Below, piece by piece: positions 32,364-42,313 of a stretch of DNA of 64,000 nt. A program made the translations under genes and the position numbers. The stretch spans positions 120-64,119 of the forward strand of contig DASPMT010000513.1 of assembly GCA_035626935.1 (NCBI GenBank), given 5' to 3'. Below the pieces are notes generated by a model that saw only the letters and a list, made by a program, of their open reading frames with translations, was not told the DNA's origin and did not search any database. Origin of the DNA: Phycisphaerales bacterium. GTDB taxonomy: Bacteria > Planctomycetota > Phycisphaerae > Phycisphaerales > UBA1924. Positions within the stretch are counted from its first letter, which is position 1; each line of letters begins with the position of its first letter.

Positions 32364-32975
32364 CTAGTCCTCCACGACGAGCGCCCACCGGATCCCGGCG
32401 GCGCGGATGCGTTCCACTTCGGAAATGATCGCGGCGTACATGGGCGATTCCCCGTCCTCGCCAGCGAAGTCGGCGAAGTCGGTCCAGGCCAGGTCCGCGA
32501 AGCTATCGAGGGCCGACAACGTCTCGACCAAGGGCACGAAGATCAGGAAGGTGTTCGGGCCGCCCGACACGTACGAGATGTCTGCCCAGGCGTGCTCCTC
32601 TTCCTGGTTGTCCGCGAACGGCTGCTCGAACCACTCGACCATGCGAGCGCCCGACGTGCCGTAGGCGACGAGGATGGCCTCGACCGCCTCGAGGATCGCG
32701 TCTCGCGTCACCTGACGCTCGACGTTGCGCAGGCGGGCGCGCACGCTGGCGTCGGCCTCGGACGGGGCACGCGGGACCCCATACCCCTGCGCGAGCAGGG
32801 TCAACCAGATGCCATCGGCACCACCGATCGTCGCCGCGTCGACGAACTCCTCCGTCGAGAGCTCCACCTCGCGGAAGACGCCGGGGTAGGCGATCAGGAG
32901 GTCGCGCAGCCGCTGGTACTGGCTCGGTAGGAGCCGCAGCAGCTCTTTTTCGAGCTGGGCGACAGTGCGCGGCAC
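32364..32975 (-). CDS. Baseplate protein, P2 gpI / Mu gp48 (DUF2313)-like
   Basis: LLRLLPSQYQ N-terminal motif. Follows the J-like gene. Confidence 0.65.
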   Translation of the reverse strand: MPRTVAQLEKELLRLLPSQYQRLRDLLIAYPGVFREVELSTEEFVDAATIGGADGIWLTLLAQGYGVPRAPSEADASVRARLRNVERQVTRDAILEAVEAILVAYGTSGARMVEWFEQPFADNQEEEHAWADISYVSGGPNTFLIFVPLVETLSALDSFADLAWTDFADFAGEDGESPMYAAIISEVERIRAAGIRWALVVED

Positions 32976-34082
32976 CTAGACCTCCACGAAGGTGACCGTC
33001 ACCGCCTCGGCCGGAAGCCGGATCGCCTGGTAGGGCTGGGAGGGCGCCACGTCGTCGGCTGGCTTGGTGACATCGACGCCAACCACATCCGAGCTGACGT
33101 TGTGCGCCAGCTGTGAGAGGCGGGAGCGATAGAACGTGTCCCCTGGCCCGAGAGTGTCGGCGTACGCCTCGCTCACGCTGCGGATGGAGGCCCTGAGGGT
33201 GTCGGTGTCTGCGCCCGCGCGCACGTAGACGGTGAGCTCCGCGGTCCTCTCGTCGCGCTCGGCGCCCACGACCTCGACGAGCACCCCCGCCGCGCGCCAG
33301 TCCTCGAGCTCGGTGGCGACGAGGTCAGCGAGCACGTCGTTGCTGTTGGCGTCAGGGTCGCCGACGTAGACGTTGACCGTCCCAGCTGCCTCCACCTCGG
33401 ACTCGTCGACGGTCACGAACCGCACCCCAGGGACGGAGCGCGCGCCAGCGCGTAGGGCCGACACCGTGCCGCGGACCACCGTCTTGAAGAAGCGCCGGAT
33501 CCGGTCTCGGAACTCAGCGTCGGTCTCGGCGTTCGAACCACCCACGAACCGATCAGCGTTGGTGACGGTGGCGTTGGGATCGCTCGGGAAGTTCGTCTCG
33601 AGCGTGTCAATCACATCGGCGGCGACGTTCTGCGCGGGGCCGGTGACGGTGGACTCGCAGGGGATCTGCACCGTGAGGTCGGCGGTGCCGACGGAGACCT
33701 CGCCGGTGGACTCCACCGAGATCCGCTCGCCGTTCACCGAGCCCGAGAAGACGAAGCCGGCCGGGATCGTGTACGCGAGCGTCGGGGCGTCAGGGTCCTT
33801 GGTCCACGTGAGGTACCCGATCGACGGCGTGGCCGCTTGGCGGGTGAGGAGGAACCGGTCCAGCGCGAGGGCGTCGAGGTCGGCGCCCTGCGCCGTGTCC
33901 ACGAACTGGGCGGCGAAGTTGCGGACGACGAACTCGATGAGCTGGTCCGCCAGCACCGCAGCTGCGCCGGTGGTGGCGTCGAGCCGGCTACCCTCGCTCC
34001 AATCGGAAAGGGAGGGGTTGCGCGCCTGGATTTCGGCCTTCGCAGCGTCGTAGAGCTGCTGCCAGCTGGGCGGGGTAGGCAC
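32976..34082 (-). CDS. Baseplate J-like protein (P2 gpJ / Mu gp47-like)
   Basis: Right size and position. N-terminus SWQQLYDAAKAEIQARNPSLSDWSEGSRLD is typical of the Baseplate_J family. Confidence 0.75.
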   Translation of the reverse strand: MPTPPSWQQLYDAAKAEIQARNPSLSDWSEGSRLDATTGAAAVLADQLIEFVVRNFAAQFVDTAQGADLDALALDRFLLTRQAATPSIGYLTWTKDPDAPTLAYTIPAGFVFSGSVNGERISVESTGEVSVGTADLTVQIPCESTVTGPAQNVAADVIDTLETNFPSDPNATVTNADRFVGGSNAETDAEFRDRIRRFFKTVVRGTVSALRAGARSVPGVRFVTVDESEVEAAGTVNVYVGDPDANSNDVLADLVATELEDWRAAGVLVEVVGAERDERTAELTVYVRAGADTDTLRASIRSVSEAYADTLGPGDTFYRSRLSQLAHNVSSDVVGVDVTKPADDVAPSQPYQAIRLPAEAVTVTFVEV

Positions 34083-34115
34083 GGGGCGGCCCTCCTCGGC
34101 GGGGCGGGTGGCGGA

Positions 34116-34517
34116 TCAGCCACCCAACGTGAAGCCCACGGACTCGGTTTCCGACTGGCCGCGCGGCTGAATGGAGAGCTCGATCTCGGTCTGACCATCG
34201 CGCACCGCTACCCGAGCACCGACGTCGCCGATCCGGCGGTCCCGCAGAAGGTTCTCGCGCAGGCGTGCGACGAGCTCGGCGCGCTTCGCTGGCGTCGACG
34301 TCGTCTCGACGAACTCGGCGGCGCCAGCGCCGTACTGTGGGCGGTGGACCAGCTCGCCCGGCATCGTGATGGCGCGCTGCTCGACCGCGGAGCGCAGGTT
34401 GGCGCGGCCACTCACGATGGGCCAGTCGCCCGACGCGGTGACGAGGACGCCGTCATCGCCGGGCATCGCCAGGTCCGTGAAGAACCGCTCGGCGTCGAGT
34501 TCGGCGGGCGTGGGCAC
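34116..34517 (-). CDS. Baseplate wedge protein, gpW/gp25-like
   Basis: 133 aa, immediately upstream of the J-like gene. LVHRPQYGAGAAEFV motif. Confidence 0.6.
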   Translation of the reverse strand: MPTPAELDAERFFTDLAMPGDDGVLVTASGDWPIVSGRANLRSAVEQRAITMPGELVHRPQYGAGAAEFVETTSTPAKRAELVARLRENLLRDRRIGDVGARVAVRDGQTEIELSIQPRGQSETESVGFTLGG

Positions 34518-34520
34518 GGA

Positions 34521-34814
34521 CTACGTCCGCTCGGGCCAGCGCCACTCACCGACGCGCGTGCCGAGTGTCGAGGACGTGAGCCACATCTGCAGCGCGCCGG
34601 GTTGGTAGCCAGCGAACCCAGCGAGCTCGCACGCGGGCTGGTCGTTGGTGCCATCGAGGGTCACGACGAGGTTGGCGGTGTGGCCTCCCCACGGCCGCAC
34701 GATGGTCGCCGGGCGGAGGATCGGCGACTCGTCGGTGCCCCCGATCCGGACGTGGACGATGCGACCGATCGTCGGTAGAGCCGGCGTCACGGGGGGCTTG
34801 GAATCGGCGGTCAT
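34521..34814 (-). CDS. Hypothetical baseplate-region protein (97 aa)
   Basis: ORF track entry between the V-like and W-like genes. Confidence 0.5.
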   Translation of the reverse strand: MTADSKPPVTPALPTIGRIVHVRIGGTDESPILRPATIVRPWGGHTANLVVTLDGTNDQPACELAGFAGYQPGALQMWLTSSTLGTRVGEWRWPERT

Positions 34815-35443
34815 ACGGTGCTCCGGACGAGTGTGGAAGCGAAGGGGGCACCGCCAACGCCACCCGAGTCGGGATCGACGAAGGCGGCGCTGGTGGCGAG
34901 GGTGGCCTTGAAGGCGGCGGTGGCTGCGATGAACGCAGCGGAGGCGTCAGCGAGCGTTGCGTCAGCTGTTAGCGCTGCCGCGGCGGCTCCAACGAAGAGC
35001 TCGAGCGCCTGAACGTAGGTCTGTAGCGCCACGAGGAAGTTCCCGAGCACGATGCCGTCGGCTGGGATCCCCTCGACGCTGCGAAACTCCACCCCGAGCG
35101 GGTTCTGGAGCCGCACCGTCGCTGGGTTCCACGTGGGCGGCCTCGTCGCGAGGCCGCCAGGCCCGTGGAGGAATGCCAGGATCACCGCTCGGCGCGGCTC
35201 GTCGGCGGGAAACGCGACGATGCACTCCTGCCCGGGGACGGGCATGGGGATCAGCAACCCCGCAAGCGGACCCGCGAACGGGCTCGCCCATCGGGCCTCG
35301 CAGGGCCGGTTCCCGGGCTGAAGCATCAGCTGCACGAGAGCGCCGCCGCCGGGCGTGTAGGGGTCAACCGGTACCGGGGCGAGAACGGTGGCGAGTTCGA
35401 CGCTGATTGGCGAGCCGACCAGCGCGCGGAGGGCATCCTGCAA
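34811..35443 (-). CDS. Baseplate assembly/spike protein, gpV (Mu gp45)-like
   Basis: PGQECIVAFPADEPRRAVILAFLHG OB-fold-like core. A-rich helical C-terminus. Position after the gpD-like gene. Confidence 0.6.
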   Translation of the reverse strand: MQDALRALVGSPISVELATVLAPVPVDPYTPGGGALVQLMLQPGNRPCEARWASPFAGPLAGLLIPMPVPGQECIVAFPADEPRRAVILAFLHGPGGLATRPPTWNPATVRLQNPLGVEFRSVEGIPADGIVLGNFLVALQTYVQALELFVGAAAAALTADATLADASAAFIAATAAFKATLATSAAFVDPDSGGVGGAPFASTLVRSTV

Positions 35444-35452
35444 GCATCCCCC

Positions 35453-36841
35453 CTACACGAGCAAGTAGCTGACGAACTCGGCGCGGAGGCTGTACCCCTG
35501 CTCGTGGTCCCAGAAGTGCGTGGCCTGGTGAACCAAGAACGTCCGTGGAACCACCTGCGCCTTGAGCCACCCGTCCACCAGCGCCTGGGCGACCTCGGGC
35601 CGCAACGGATTCGGCCGCGTGAAGTCGGACAAGTACGCCACGGCTTCAGGCGGCGTCATGTTGTCGAGGACGGTTTGATCCTCGCCGAACGTGATCACCA
35701 GCGGATCGCCGTTCGAGAGCCCAAGCAGCGGTAGAACCAGCGTCGCGTCCGTGAGGTCGTTCGTCTCGATCGTCCCCGTGACGTCCCACTGGGCCGACTC
35801 GGTGTAGATCCCCTGCGCGAGAAGCGCAAGATCCCCCTCGGTGTACGTCCCTTCGAGGAAGTACTCCTCACACTCGACGGAGCGCCTCGGTGTCGCTGCG
35901 GGAGCCCCGGGGAGGCCGGCCGCGCCGGCGTCCACCTTCGCCCTCGACCCGACCACGGCGTAGGTTGGTGGATACGGGGGCCCCTCGACTGCCCGTCCCT
36001 GCCCTGGGTCCCAGGCGACGATTCGCAGCGGCTTGCGCCGTCGGTCGGTGTAGTTGCGTCGGATGGTGAGCTTCTTCAGGTTGGCGGTCAGCCCGCCATA
36101 GAAGAACGCCGCGACCTCCGGCTTGGGGAACACCGGCGGCCGGATCTCGAGCTGGTCGAGGTTCCAGACCGGCACCTGCCCGAACAGGCCGCAGATGGCC
36201 GTGAGGACATCCCACACCGAATCGCCCTCTCGAGCGGTCCAGGTGTTTCGCTTCGCGCGAACGTTGACGGGAACGGCGACTGCCTTGGGGTCGAGGAACA
36301 TCGCCGGCTTGGTCAGCGGCCACACGAGCAATCGGATCGCCTCGACCACCTCCGCAAGCGTTCCCACGATCGGGAACGGCGTCGCGGGAGCGGGCGCGAG
36401 CTGGTGCTGGCCCGGCGGATAGGCGGCCGACCACTTCACGTCGAGGCCGTAGCTCGTGTAGTCGCGAGCCTTGATCTCGACCAGGTTCTCGTCGGGGCCG
36501 AGCTGGGTCTCCGTCTCGTCGATCACCCCCACGAAGCGTAGGTTGAGGGGCGTCGGGATGAGCGGGATGAGCGGGTCTTCCACGTTCTCGATGTGCGCCG
36601 AGACGTGCGCCCACTTCACCGCCCGCGGCTCGAACGGGAAATCCCGGTACTCCACGAGCATGCGGAGGGTGTCCGCGGTCCTCGCGTCGTTGCGAACGAC
36701 CTCGACCCGCCTCGGCACCAACTCGAATGCGGGCACGGGGACACCGGTGCTCGTTGGCACGTGGTCATCCATCCCGATCGTCAGGATGGCCTTGCACCGC
36801 GGGTAATAAACCCGGGGAGGAACGAAGGGAAGCGAGCTCAC
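35453..36841 (-). CDS. Baseplate hub / late control gene D-like protein (Mu gp44-like)
   Basis: GTG start in a GTGA overlap with the LysM gene. 462 aa, lying between the tape measure region and the spike gene. Confidence 0.65.
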   Translation of the reverse strand: MSSLPFVPPRVYYPRCKAILTIGMDDHVPTSTGVPVPAFELVPRRVEVVRNDARTADTLRMLVEYRDFPFEPRAVKWAHVSAHIENVEDPLIPLIPTPLNLRFVGVIDETETQLGPDENLVEIKARDYTSYGLDVKWSAAYPPGQHQLAPAPATPFPIVGTLAEVVEAIRLLVWPLTKPAMFLDPKAVAVPVNVRAKRNTWTAREGDSVWDVLTAICGLFGQVPVWNLDQLEIRPPVFPKPEVAAFFYGGLTANLKKLTIRRNYTDRRRKPLRIVAWDPGQGRAVEGPPYPPTYAVVGSRAKVDAGAAGLPGAPAATPRRSVECEEYFLEGTYTEGDLALLAQGIYTESAQWDVTGTIETNDLTDATLVLPLLGLSNGDPLVITFGEDQTVLDNMTPPEAVAYLSDFTRPNPLRPEVAQALVDGWLKAQVVPRTFLVHQATHFWDHEQGYSLRAEFVSYLLV

Positions 36842-37338
36842 CGCGGCACCACGAGGACGAGGCCGGGGACCAACCCCGCTGGCGAGACCGTGGGGTTCGC
36901 CTCGAGCAGCCGTCGCCAGGCGGTGTGGTCGCCGAGCTCGCGCACCGCAAGGCTGTGCCACGTGTCGCCCTGACGCACGAGGACCGTCCGGCGGTCGACG
37001 CCCGCCACGACCTCGCCGGCCTTCCGGTCGAGCTCACGTAGCCCCGCCTCAGCCTTGACGAGCCCGATGCGAACCTGGCGTTCCCAGAGCCACGCGGCGA
37101 TCGTGCGCTCGCCGTTGACGACGTCGAGGTAGGACGCGGCCTCGATCTCGTCGAGGTGCTTCCGCGTGCCCCTAATCTCGCCGCGAAGGCCGGTGACCGC
37201 GGCGCGGAGGCCCTGGACGTCGCGCTTCGTTTGCGCCCCCGTCTCGAGCAGACTCGCGATGGCCGCGTGCGCGCGGGTGAAGTCCTCCCCGATCTCCTCG
37301 ATGGCCTCCGAGATCTCGAACAGCGTCTCGACGGCCAC
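36838..37338 (-). CDS. LysM-domain tail protein (P2 gpX-like)
   Basis: C-terminal VLVRQGDTWHSLAVRELGDHTAWRRLLEANP...LVPGLVLVVP is a LysM-type motif. Confidence 0.65.
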   Translation of the reverse strand: MAVETLFEISEAIEEIGEDFTRAHAAIASLLETGAQTKRDVQGLRAAVTGLRGEIRGTRKHLDEIEAASYLDVVNGERTIAAWLWERQVRIGLVKAEAGLRELDRKAGEVVAGVDRRTVLVRQGDTWHSLAVRELGDHTAWRRLLEANPTVSPAGLVPGLVLVVPR

Positions 37339-37347
37339 GACTACCCC

Positions 37348-37917
37348 CTACTCCGGCACGAACGCGCCGAGGGCGGCGACTCCGCGACCCACCTCGACGA
37401 CCTCCTCGAAGAGGCTCGCGGCATACTTGAGGTCGCTGGCGACGTCCGCGACGGTCGCCGCGAGGGGTGGCAGCGGGGCGAGCGCGATGGCCTCGTCACC
37501 CTTATCGACGGCGAAGTCGATCTCGTAGCGCACCCGGTGCTGCGTCTCGTACTCGAAGGCCGTCCGCTTCACCCGCCCATAAGCGACGATCGTGTCGCCC
37601 CAGAACAGGCGACAGAGGCGCTGCCCCTGCTGGATGCCGCGGAGGAGAGCGACTCGCACCGCTGCCCCGCCGTCGATGATCGACAGCGGGTCCCGAAACC
37701 AGCCCCGCAGCGGGATCGGCTCCTCCTTCACGCCCAGTACTTGGGTGCTCGACGAGGATGCCCCCGGGTACCAGCTCTGGACGTCACGCTGCTCGGCGGA
37801 GCGGACCACCGGCTCGGGCCGATCCTTCCCGCCGAGCACGATCGTCCGGCCGGGTGGCCCGAGCTCGATGATGATGACGGGCAGGCCGTCGCCGAAGATC
37901 GGGAGGGTCAGCCCCAC
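37348..37917 (-). CDS. Tail protein (positional equivalent of Mu gp43 / P2 gpU)
   Basis: Immediately downstream of the tape measure gene. The call rests on position only. Confidence 0.5.
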   Translation of the reverse strand: MGLTLPIFGDGLPVIIIELGPPGRTIVLGGKDRPEPVVRSAEQRDVQSWYPGASSSSTQVLGVKEEPIPLRGWFRDPLSIIDGGAAVRVALLRGIQQGQRLCRLFWGDTIVAYGRVKRTAFEYETQHRVRYEIDFAVDKGDEAIALAPLPPLAATVADVASDLKYAASLFEEVVEVGRGVAALGAFVPE

Positions 37918-37926
37918 GACGACCTC

Positions 37927-39720
37927 CTACAGCGGCTTCGCTGGCGCGTATCTCGACTGCGTCCGATACCGATCGAGGTTCTTGAACACCGTGTCCATGG
38001 TGATCGCGACCCGGTTCGGATCCTGGGCCTGCTCGACGTTCACGTTCACCGTTACCGGGCCGATCTTCGGCGACGGTTGCGGCTTCACCTTGCCTCGGTT
38101 GCCGCTGATCGAATCGAAGATCGCCCCTGCCCCAACGAGCCGAGATCGAAGCTCTGGCGCATCATCCAGGCCGGAAGGGCCCTTCACGCCGAGGAGCGCG
38201 GGGTCGCTCTTCGGGTTGTAGCCGGCCCAGTCCTTCAGGGCCCCCCGGATGGCGCGCTCCGCCGCGACGCTCGCGGGCTGACTTACGACCGCAACGGTAC
38301 GGCGGACGAAGTCGAGGCTGAGCTCGGTCCGGGCAATGTTCTTCTCGGTCGGCGACATGTTGGTATCGAGACCGATCCCAAGCATCTTGACCGCGATCCC
38401 GATCGACTCGGCCGCTTGAGCCGCCAGCAGCCCTAACTTGACCAGTCCGGCCGCTAGGATCCCGAACCCGTGAACGCCACGCTCCATGCTCTTGATCAGC
38501 TGCGAACCGATCGCGTCCGCCCCTCGCTGAAGCGCCGGCGCCAGCCTGTTGGACGCGTCCGCCAGCTGTTGGCCTGCCTGCGCGGTCAGCGAGAAGCTCT
38601 CCCGGAGCTCACCAAGCATCTCGGGATGCTGCTCGAGGGCGTACGTCATCGCTGCCGCCGCGGCGCCCACCGCAGCGAGCGCTGCTCCTGCCGTCGCAAT
38701 CGAGCCAAGGGCGACGCCGCCACCACCCGCGAGCCGAAGCCCACCCGAGAGCCCGCCGGCCATGGAGCCCATCTTGGCCGCCGTAGCAGCGGCCGCCCCG
38801 GCAGCAGTGGCCTCGGCGAACCGCTCCGCGTTTCGGACGAGGGCGTCCCAGATCTCGACCAGGCGCGGACCCAGGCGGTCCACCATGGCCTGCATCTGCC
38901 CAGAGTTCGCGGCCATCCAGGTGTTGACCGCCTCGAGCTGCTGGCTCCAGCGGTCGAACAGGGGCGCGGTGACCTGCTGCACCAGCAGCTTGACCCCATC
39001 TCGAAGCGTCGCGACCTGGGCGTTCCAGGTCTTCCCCGTCGCCTCGACGGCCGGCTGCATGGCCGTCAGCGCGCGCTTGATGAGCGCGAGCTTCTCCTCG
39101 GGCTTCGCCTTGTTGAGCTCGTCGAGCGAGCTGCCGATCACCGAGAGCAGCGGTGCGAGTACCTGCGACTCGGCGGGGGACAGCCCACCCTGCAGCCCCT
39201 GCAGGATGTCGATCGCGGCGACCTTGAGCCCCTCCTGGCCGCGCAGCGCGAAGCCAGCGCCGAGCCCGAGCCGAGTCAGCTCGCGCACGTCCTCGAGCGC
39301 GCCGCCCGCGGCCTTCACGGGAGCGAGCAGGCGCTGGTAGGCGTCAGCGTAGTCCTGGAGCTCGCCGGCACCCTTGGCCGCGTCGCCGCGGAGCTGCGCG
39401 ATCACTTCCACCGCCATGCCCATCTCGTCGGCGACCGTGCTCTTGTTCATCGCGGCGAAGATGCCGGCGATCCCAGTCTGGGCCTCCTGCGAGGCCGTGT
39501 GGATGCCGAGCAAGCTGTCCGCGACGCGCTTCGCGGTCGAGGCGAACTGCTGGAGCGCGACCACGCCGAACGCGAGGTTCATGGCGTTCTTGATGCGCGC
39601 GCCCATTCGCTCAACGCCGCCAGCCAGTCCCTGGACCTGGCGCGAGACGCCGTCGACGCCAGGGATCCGCGGGTCCACTACGATGCGCGTGACGACGTCG
39701 AACTCTTCCCTTTCCGACAC
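37927..39720 (-). CDS. Tail tape measure protein
   Basis: 597 aa. A/G/L-rich helical sequence with hydrophobic glycine-rich stretches. Follows the frameshifted chaperone pair. GTG start. Confidence 0.85.
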   Translation of the reverse strand: MSEREEFDVVTRIVVDPRIPGVDGVSRQVQGLAGGVERMGARIKNAMNLAFGVVALQQFASTAKRVADSLLGIHTASQEAQTGIAGIFAAMNKSTVADEMGMAVEVIAQLRGDAAKGAGELQDYADAYQRLLAPVKAAGGALEDVRELTRLGLGAGFALRGQEGLKVAAIDILQGLQGGLSPAESQVLAPLLSVIGSSLDELNKAKPEEKLALIKRALTAMQPAVEATGKTWNAQVATLRDGVKLLVQQVTAPLFDRWSQQLEAVNTWMAANSGQMQAMVDRLGPRLVEIWDALVRNAERFAEATAAGAAAATAAKMGSMAGGLSGGLRLAGGGGVALGSIATAGAALAAVGAAAAAMTYALEQHPEMLGELRESFSLTAQAGQQLADASNRLAPALQRGADAIGSQLIKSMERGVHGFGILAAGLVKLGLLAAQAAESIGIAVKMLGIGLDTNMSPTEKNIARTELSLDFVRRTVAVVSQPASVAAERAIRGALKDWAGYNPKSDPALLGVKGPSGLDDAPELRSRLVGAGAIFDSISGNRGKVKPQPSPKIGPVTVNVNVEQAQDPNRVAITMDTVFKNLDRYRTQSRYAPAKPL

Positions 39721-39741
39721 CGCGCCTCCCCACCCGACGAC

Positions 39742-40238
39742 CTACCCGGCGCCCGGCTCCGGGTTCTCCACTTCGAGGATCGCTTGGAGGTTGTCGAGCA
39801 CGCGCCGGAACTCGGCCAGGCTCCAGGTCTTGATCTCGCTCAAGGGCTGGTGCCCGTAGCGCATCACGAACGCGACGTTCCACCAGTAGCGGGAGATCAG
39901 GTCGAGATCGTCACCGCCACCGGCTTGGATTTTCCCGCGTCGCCCCCGTAGTAGACCTCCGTCCACGCGGCCACGAGGGCGTGCTGGTCCTTGAACGAGA
40001 ACAGCTCGTCCCACCGAGCGCGGGTCTTCTCGAAGTCGAGCTTCTCGCCGCCGACCTCGCGGATGCTGATCTGCAGTCCCGCCTTCGCCACCCGGTGCAT
40101 CAGCAGCGGCCCGGGCTCCTCACCAGTGACGTTCGCGATCGTGTAAATCCGCTCGAGGTCCGAGGCTTTGTGGGCCGCGAACAGCACCTTGCGGCCGTCC
40201 GAGAGCTCCACCTCGTACGCATGCAGCACACCAGCCAT
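39742..40238 (-). CDS. Tail assembly chaperone, -1 frameshift-extended form
   Basis: Slipping at G_GGA_AAA joins ...YYGGDAGK to IQAGGGDDLDLISRYWWNVAFVMRYGHQPLSEIKTWSLAEFRRVLDNLQAILEVENPEPGAG, which ends 22 nt before the tape measure start. Confidence 0.65.
39897..40238 (-). CDS. Tail assembly chaperone (short, zero-frame form)
   Basis: 113 aa, between the tube and tape measure genes. Contains a slippery heptamer 11 codons before its stop. Confidence 0.75.
   Translation of the reverse strand: MAGVLHAYEVELSDGRKVLFAAHKASDLERIYTIANVTGEEPGPLLMHRVAKAGLQISIREVGGEKLDFEKTRARWDELFSFKDQHALVAAWTEVYYGGDAGKSKPVAVTIST
39930..39936 (-). promoter_or_regulatory. Programmed -1 ribosomal frameshift slippery site GGGAAAA
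   Basis: Zero-frame codons GCG GGA AAA TCC give X_XXY_YYZ = G_GGA_AAA. The -1 frame is open and protein-like for a further 63 codons. Confidence 0.7.
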
Positions 40239-40250
40239 GACGGCTCCAGA

Positions 40251-40682
40251 TCAGAGGGTGATGCGGTCCTTGCCGGTGACCCAGGGGATCTTGATCTCCA
40301 CCACCGAGCCTCGCTTGGCGGTGAGGTCGAACTCGACCTCGATCTCCGGGTACACGAACGTCTGGCTGCTCGCGTCGCGGTAGGTGACCTGCTCGACGAT
40401 GTTGAGCAGCACCGGCAGGTTGTTCCGCTTCGCGAAGTTGTAGGCGTTGATCATCTGCTCCAGCGACTTGGAGCGGACGGCGAGCGTGGCCGTCCCCTCC
40501 CAGCCGGTGGGCACGTGATCGATGAGCGGAGACGTCTCCCCGAGGATCTTCGTCTCGACCTTGTCGTAGCGCGCTCGCTTGGTGAGCTCCGTGATCTGCG
40601 GCGCACAGTCCTGCGGGATGCCGTCGAGGAGGAGCTCGAAGCGAACATGCTGCCCGTGGATGGGCTGACCCTTCACGGCCAT
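40251..40682 (-). CDS. Tail tube protein
   Basis: 143 aa, directly after the sheath gene. Beta-rich composition. Confidence 0.75.
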   Translation of the reverse strand: MAVKGQPIHGQHVRFELLLDGIPQDCAPQITELTKRARYDKVETKILGETSPLIDHVPTGWEGTATLAVRSKSLEQMINAYNFAKRNNLPVLLNIVEQVTYRDASSQTFVYPEIEVEFDLTAKRGSVVEIKIPWVTGKDRITL

Positions 40683-40769
40683 GGGCGGATCTCCAGGGGG
40701 TCCAGGGGGGCAGCCCCCTTCAGGGAGGGAGGCGTCGCGCAGGTCCTACGCGACGGGTAAAGGCGCGGA

Positions 40770-42260
40770 CTAGGCCGCCTCGGCGATGACCACGGAGGTG
40801 CCGACGGCCGCCTTGATGACGATCACGTCCTGGCTCGCGTAGAGCTGGACGCTGATCAGGATCACCCAGGTGCCCGCTGCGATCCCGGCTGCGGTGTTCC
40901 CACCAAACGGGTCCACCGAGTAGTTCGCGATCCGGTTGCCATCCTTCATGCCCTGCAGGAAGGCGACGATCTCGCCGTACTCCTGCTGGGTGACAGGGCC
41001 GAGGCGCGGGGCCGGGCTCAACACGAGGTCGAGCGGTCGCTCGATGTACGCCTCGAGGAACTCGGCGATCGACTCGGAGATGAAGTCGGTCATTCGCCGG
41101 CGGAAGATCTTCTCCTTGCCGGCGGTGAGCGACGTCGTAAGCCCGTTTCGGATGATGCACCCGAGCTTGGTGCTCATGAAGAACGGGGCGATGCCGTCGT
41201 CGTTCAGCTCCTGGTAGATCGCGTCCTCGAACTCGGCCTCAAGCGACGTGATGCCCGCCAACGCGGCCGCGCCGGGTTGGCCCCCTGGGCTGACCTCGGG
41301 ATCGACGCTCACGATGGCGGCCGCGACGAACGAGGACCCGTCCACCTCGACCTCGTCCGGGTCGTCCTCGTACCGATTCAGCGTGTTGACCCGAGGGAAC
41401 GGGTACACGCACCGGTCGTCGCGGTAGTCGGCGACGTAGGTCTGGGCGGAGCTGTAGCTCTGCCCGTCCTTGGTGCAGAGGACCGCGACCCCCTTCTTCA
41501 CCGTCTGCGCGTACAGCAGGAGTCCGTCGTTGATGTCGTCCTTCAGCGCCTCGGGCGGCTCCGCGACGAAGAGGACGCCGACCTTGACCCCCTCCGGGTA
41601 GAAGGCGCGGATCCCCGTGTACGTCGGAGCGGTCCCCGTGTAGTCGGCGGCGACCGCGGTGCCATCAGCGCCACCGGTGAGCGCCGTGGCAGCGACGACG
41701 GCCGCGGGTTCGTCCGCCGACGCGTGGGCGGTGAACTCGACGAACGGATCGCCCGGGTCGGTGACCACCGCCCCGCTCTGGACGTCCACGTAGGTCTTGC
41801 TGTAGGTCGAGCCGATCGTGACCTTCACCGAACGCTTGGTGCCGCTCGACCCGGCCAAGATCTCGACCTTGATCCCGTTCCCCACGACGCCCTTGTACCG
41901 GGCGGTCGCAACGAGCGATGGATTCGGATCATCGTCGTTGAACGTCTTCGACGCCGCGGCCGCGCCAGTGACCGGAACCCGGGAGATCTTCAGCCCACCC
42001 GGGAAGGTCTTGTTGAGGAAGGCCTTCATCGCGGCGTAGTCGTCCGCGACGTCGAACTCGGTCGGACAGAACTGCTCGAAGAGCTCGCCGACGGAGTTGA
42101 TGTCGGTGACCGTGGTCTCTGGACCCCACGGCAGCTCCGCCACGACGCCGACGGCGTCCTCGCCGACACCGCGGATCCCACCGGGGACGTCGACCTCCAG
42201 GATGTTGATCCCGTAGGTCGCCTGCGACAGCATCGAGATCTTGCGGATGAGGCTGCCCAT
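40770..42260 (-). CDS. Contractile tail sheath protein
   Basis: 496 aa, upstream of the tube gene. N-terminal YGINILEVDVPGGIRG resembles the sheath N-terminus. An alternative ATG lies at 42233. Confidence 0.85.
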   Translation of the reverse strand: MGSLIRKISMLSQATYGINILEVDVPGGIRGVGEDAVGVVAELPWGPETTVTDINSVGELFEQFCPTEFDVADDYAAMKAFLNKTFPGGLKISRVPVTGAAAASKTFNDDDPNPSLVATARYKGVVGNGIKVEILAGSSGTKRSVKVTIGSTYSKTYVDVQSGAVVTDPGDPFVEFTAHASADEPAAVVAATALTGGADGTAVAADYTGTAPTYTGIRAFYPEGVKVGVLFVAEPPEALKDDINDGLLLYAQTVKKGVAVLCTKDGQSYSSAQTYVADYRDDRCVYPFPRVNTLNRYEDDPDEVEVDGSSFVAAAIVSVDPEVSPGGQPGAAALAGITSLEAEFEDAIYQELNDDGIAPFFMSTKLGCIIRNGLTTSLTAGKEKIFRRRMTDFISESIAEFLEAYIERPLDLVLSPAPRLGPVTQQEYGEIVAFLQGMKDGNRIANYSVDPFGGNTAAGIAAGTWVILISVQLYASQDVIVIKAAVGTSVVIAEAA

Positions 42261-42313
42261 CGAAGGACTCCGGCACTGCGCCGCGCGCTACGCACGGGCG
42301 GGGGGAAGAGGGA

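Noticed and set aside
31002-32930. 642-aa plus-strand ORF opposite the large fibre and gpI-like genes
   Set aside because: It is R/D/G/V/L-rich, with reversed GC3-type bias and no motifs. It is antisense to two well-supported structural genes.
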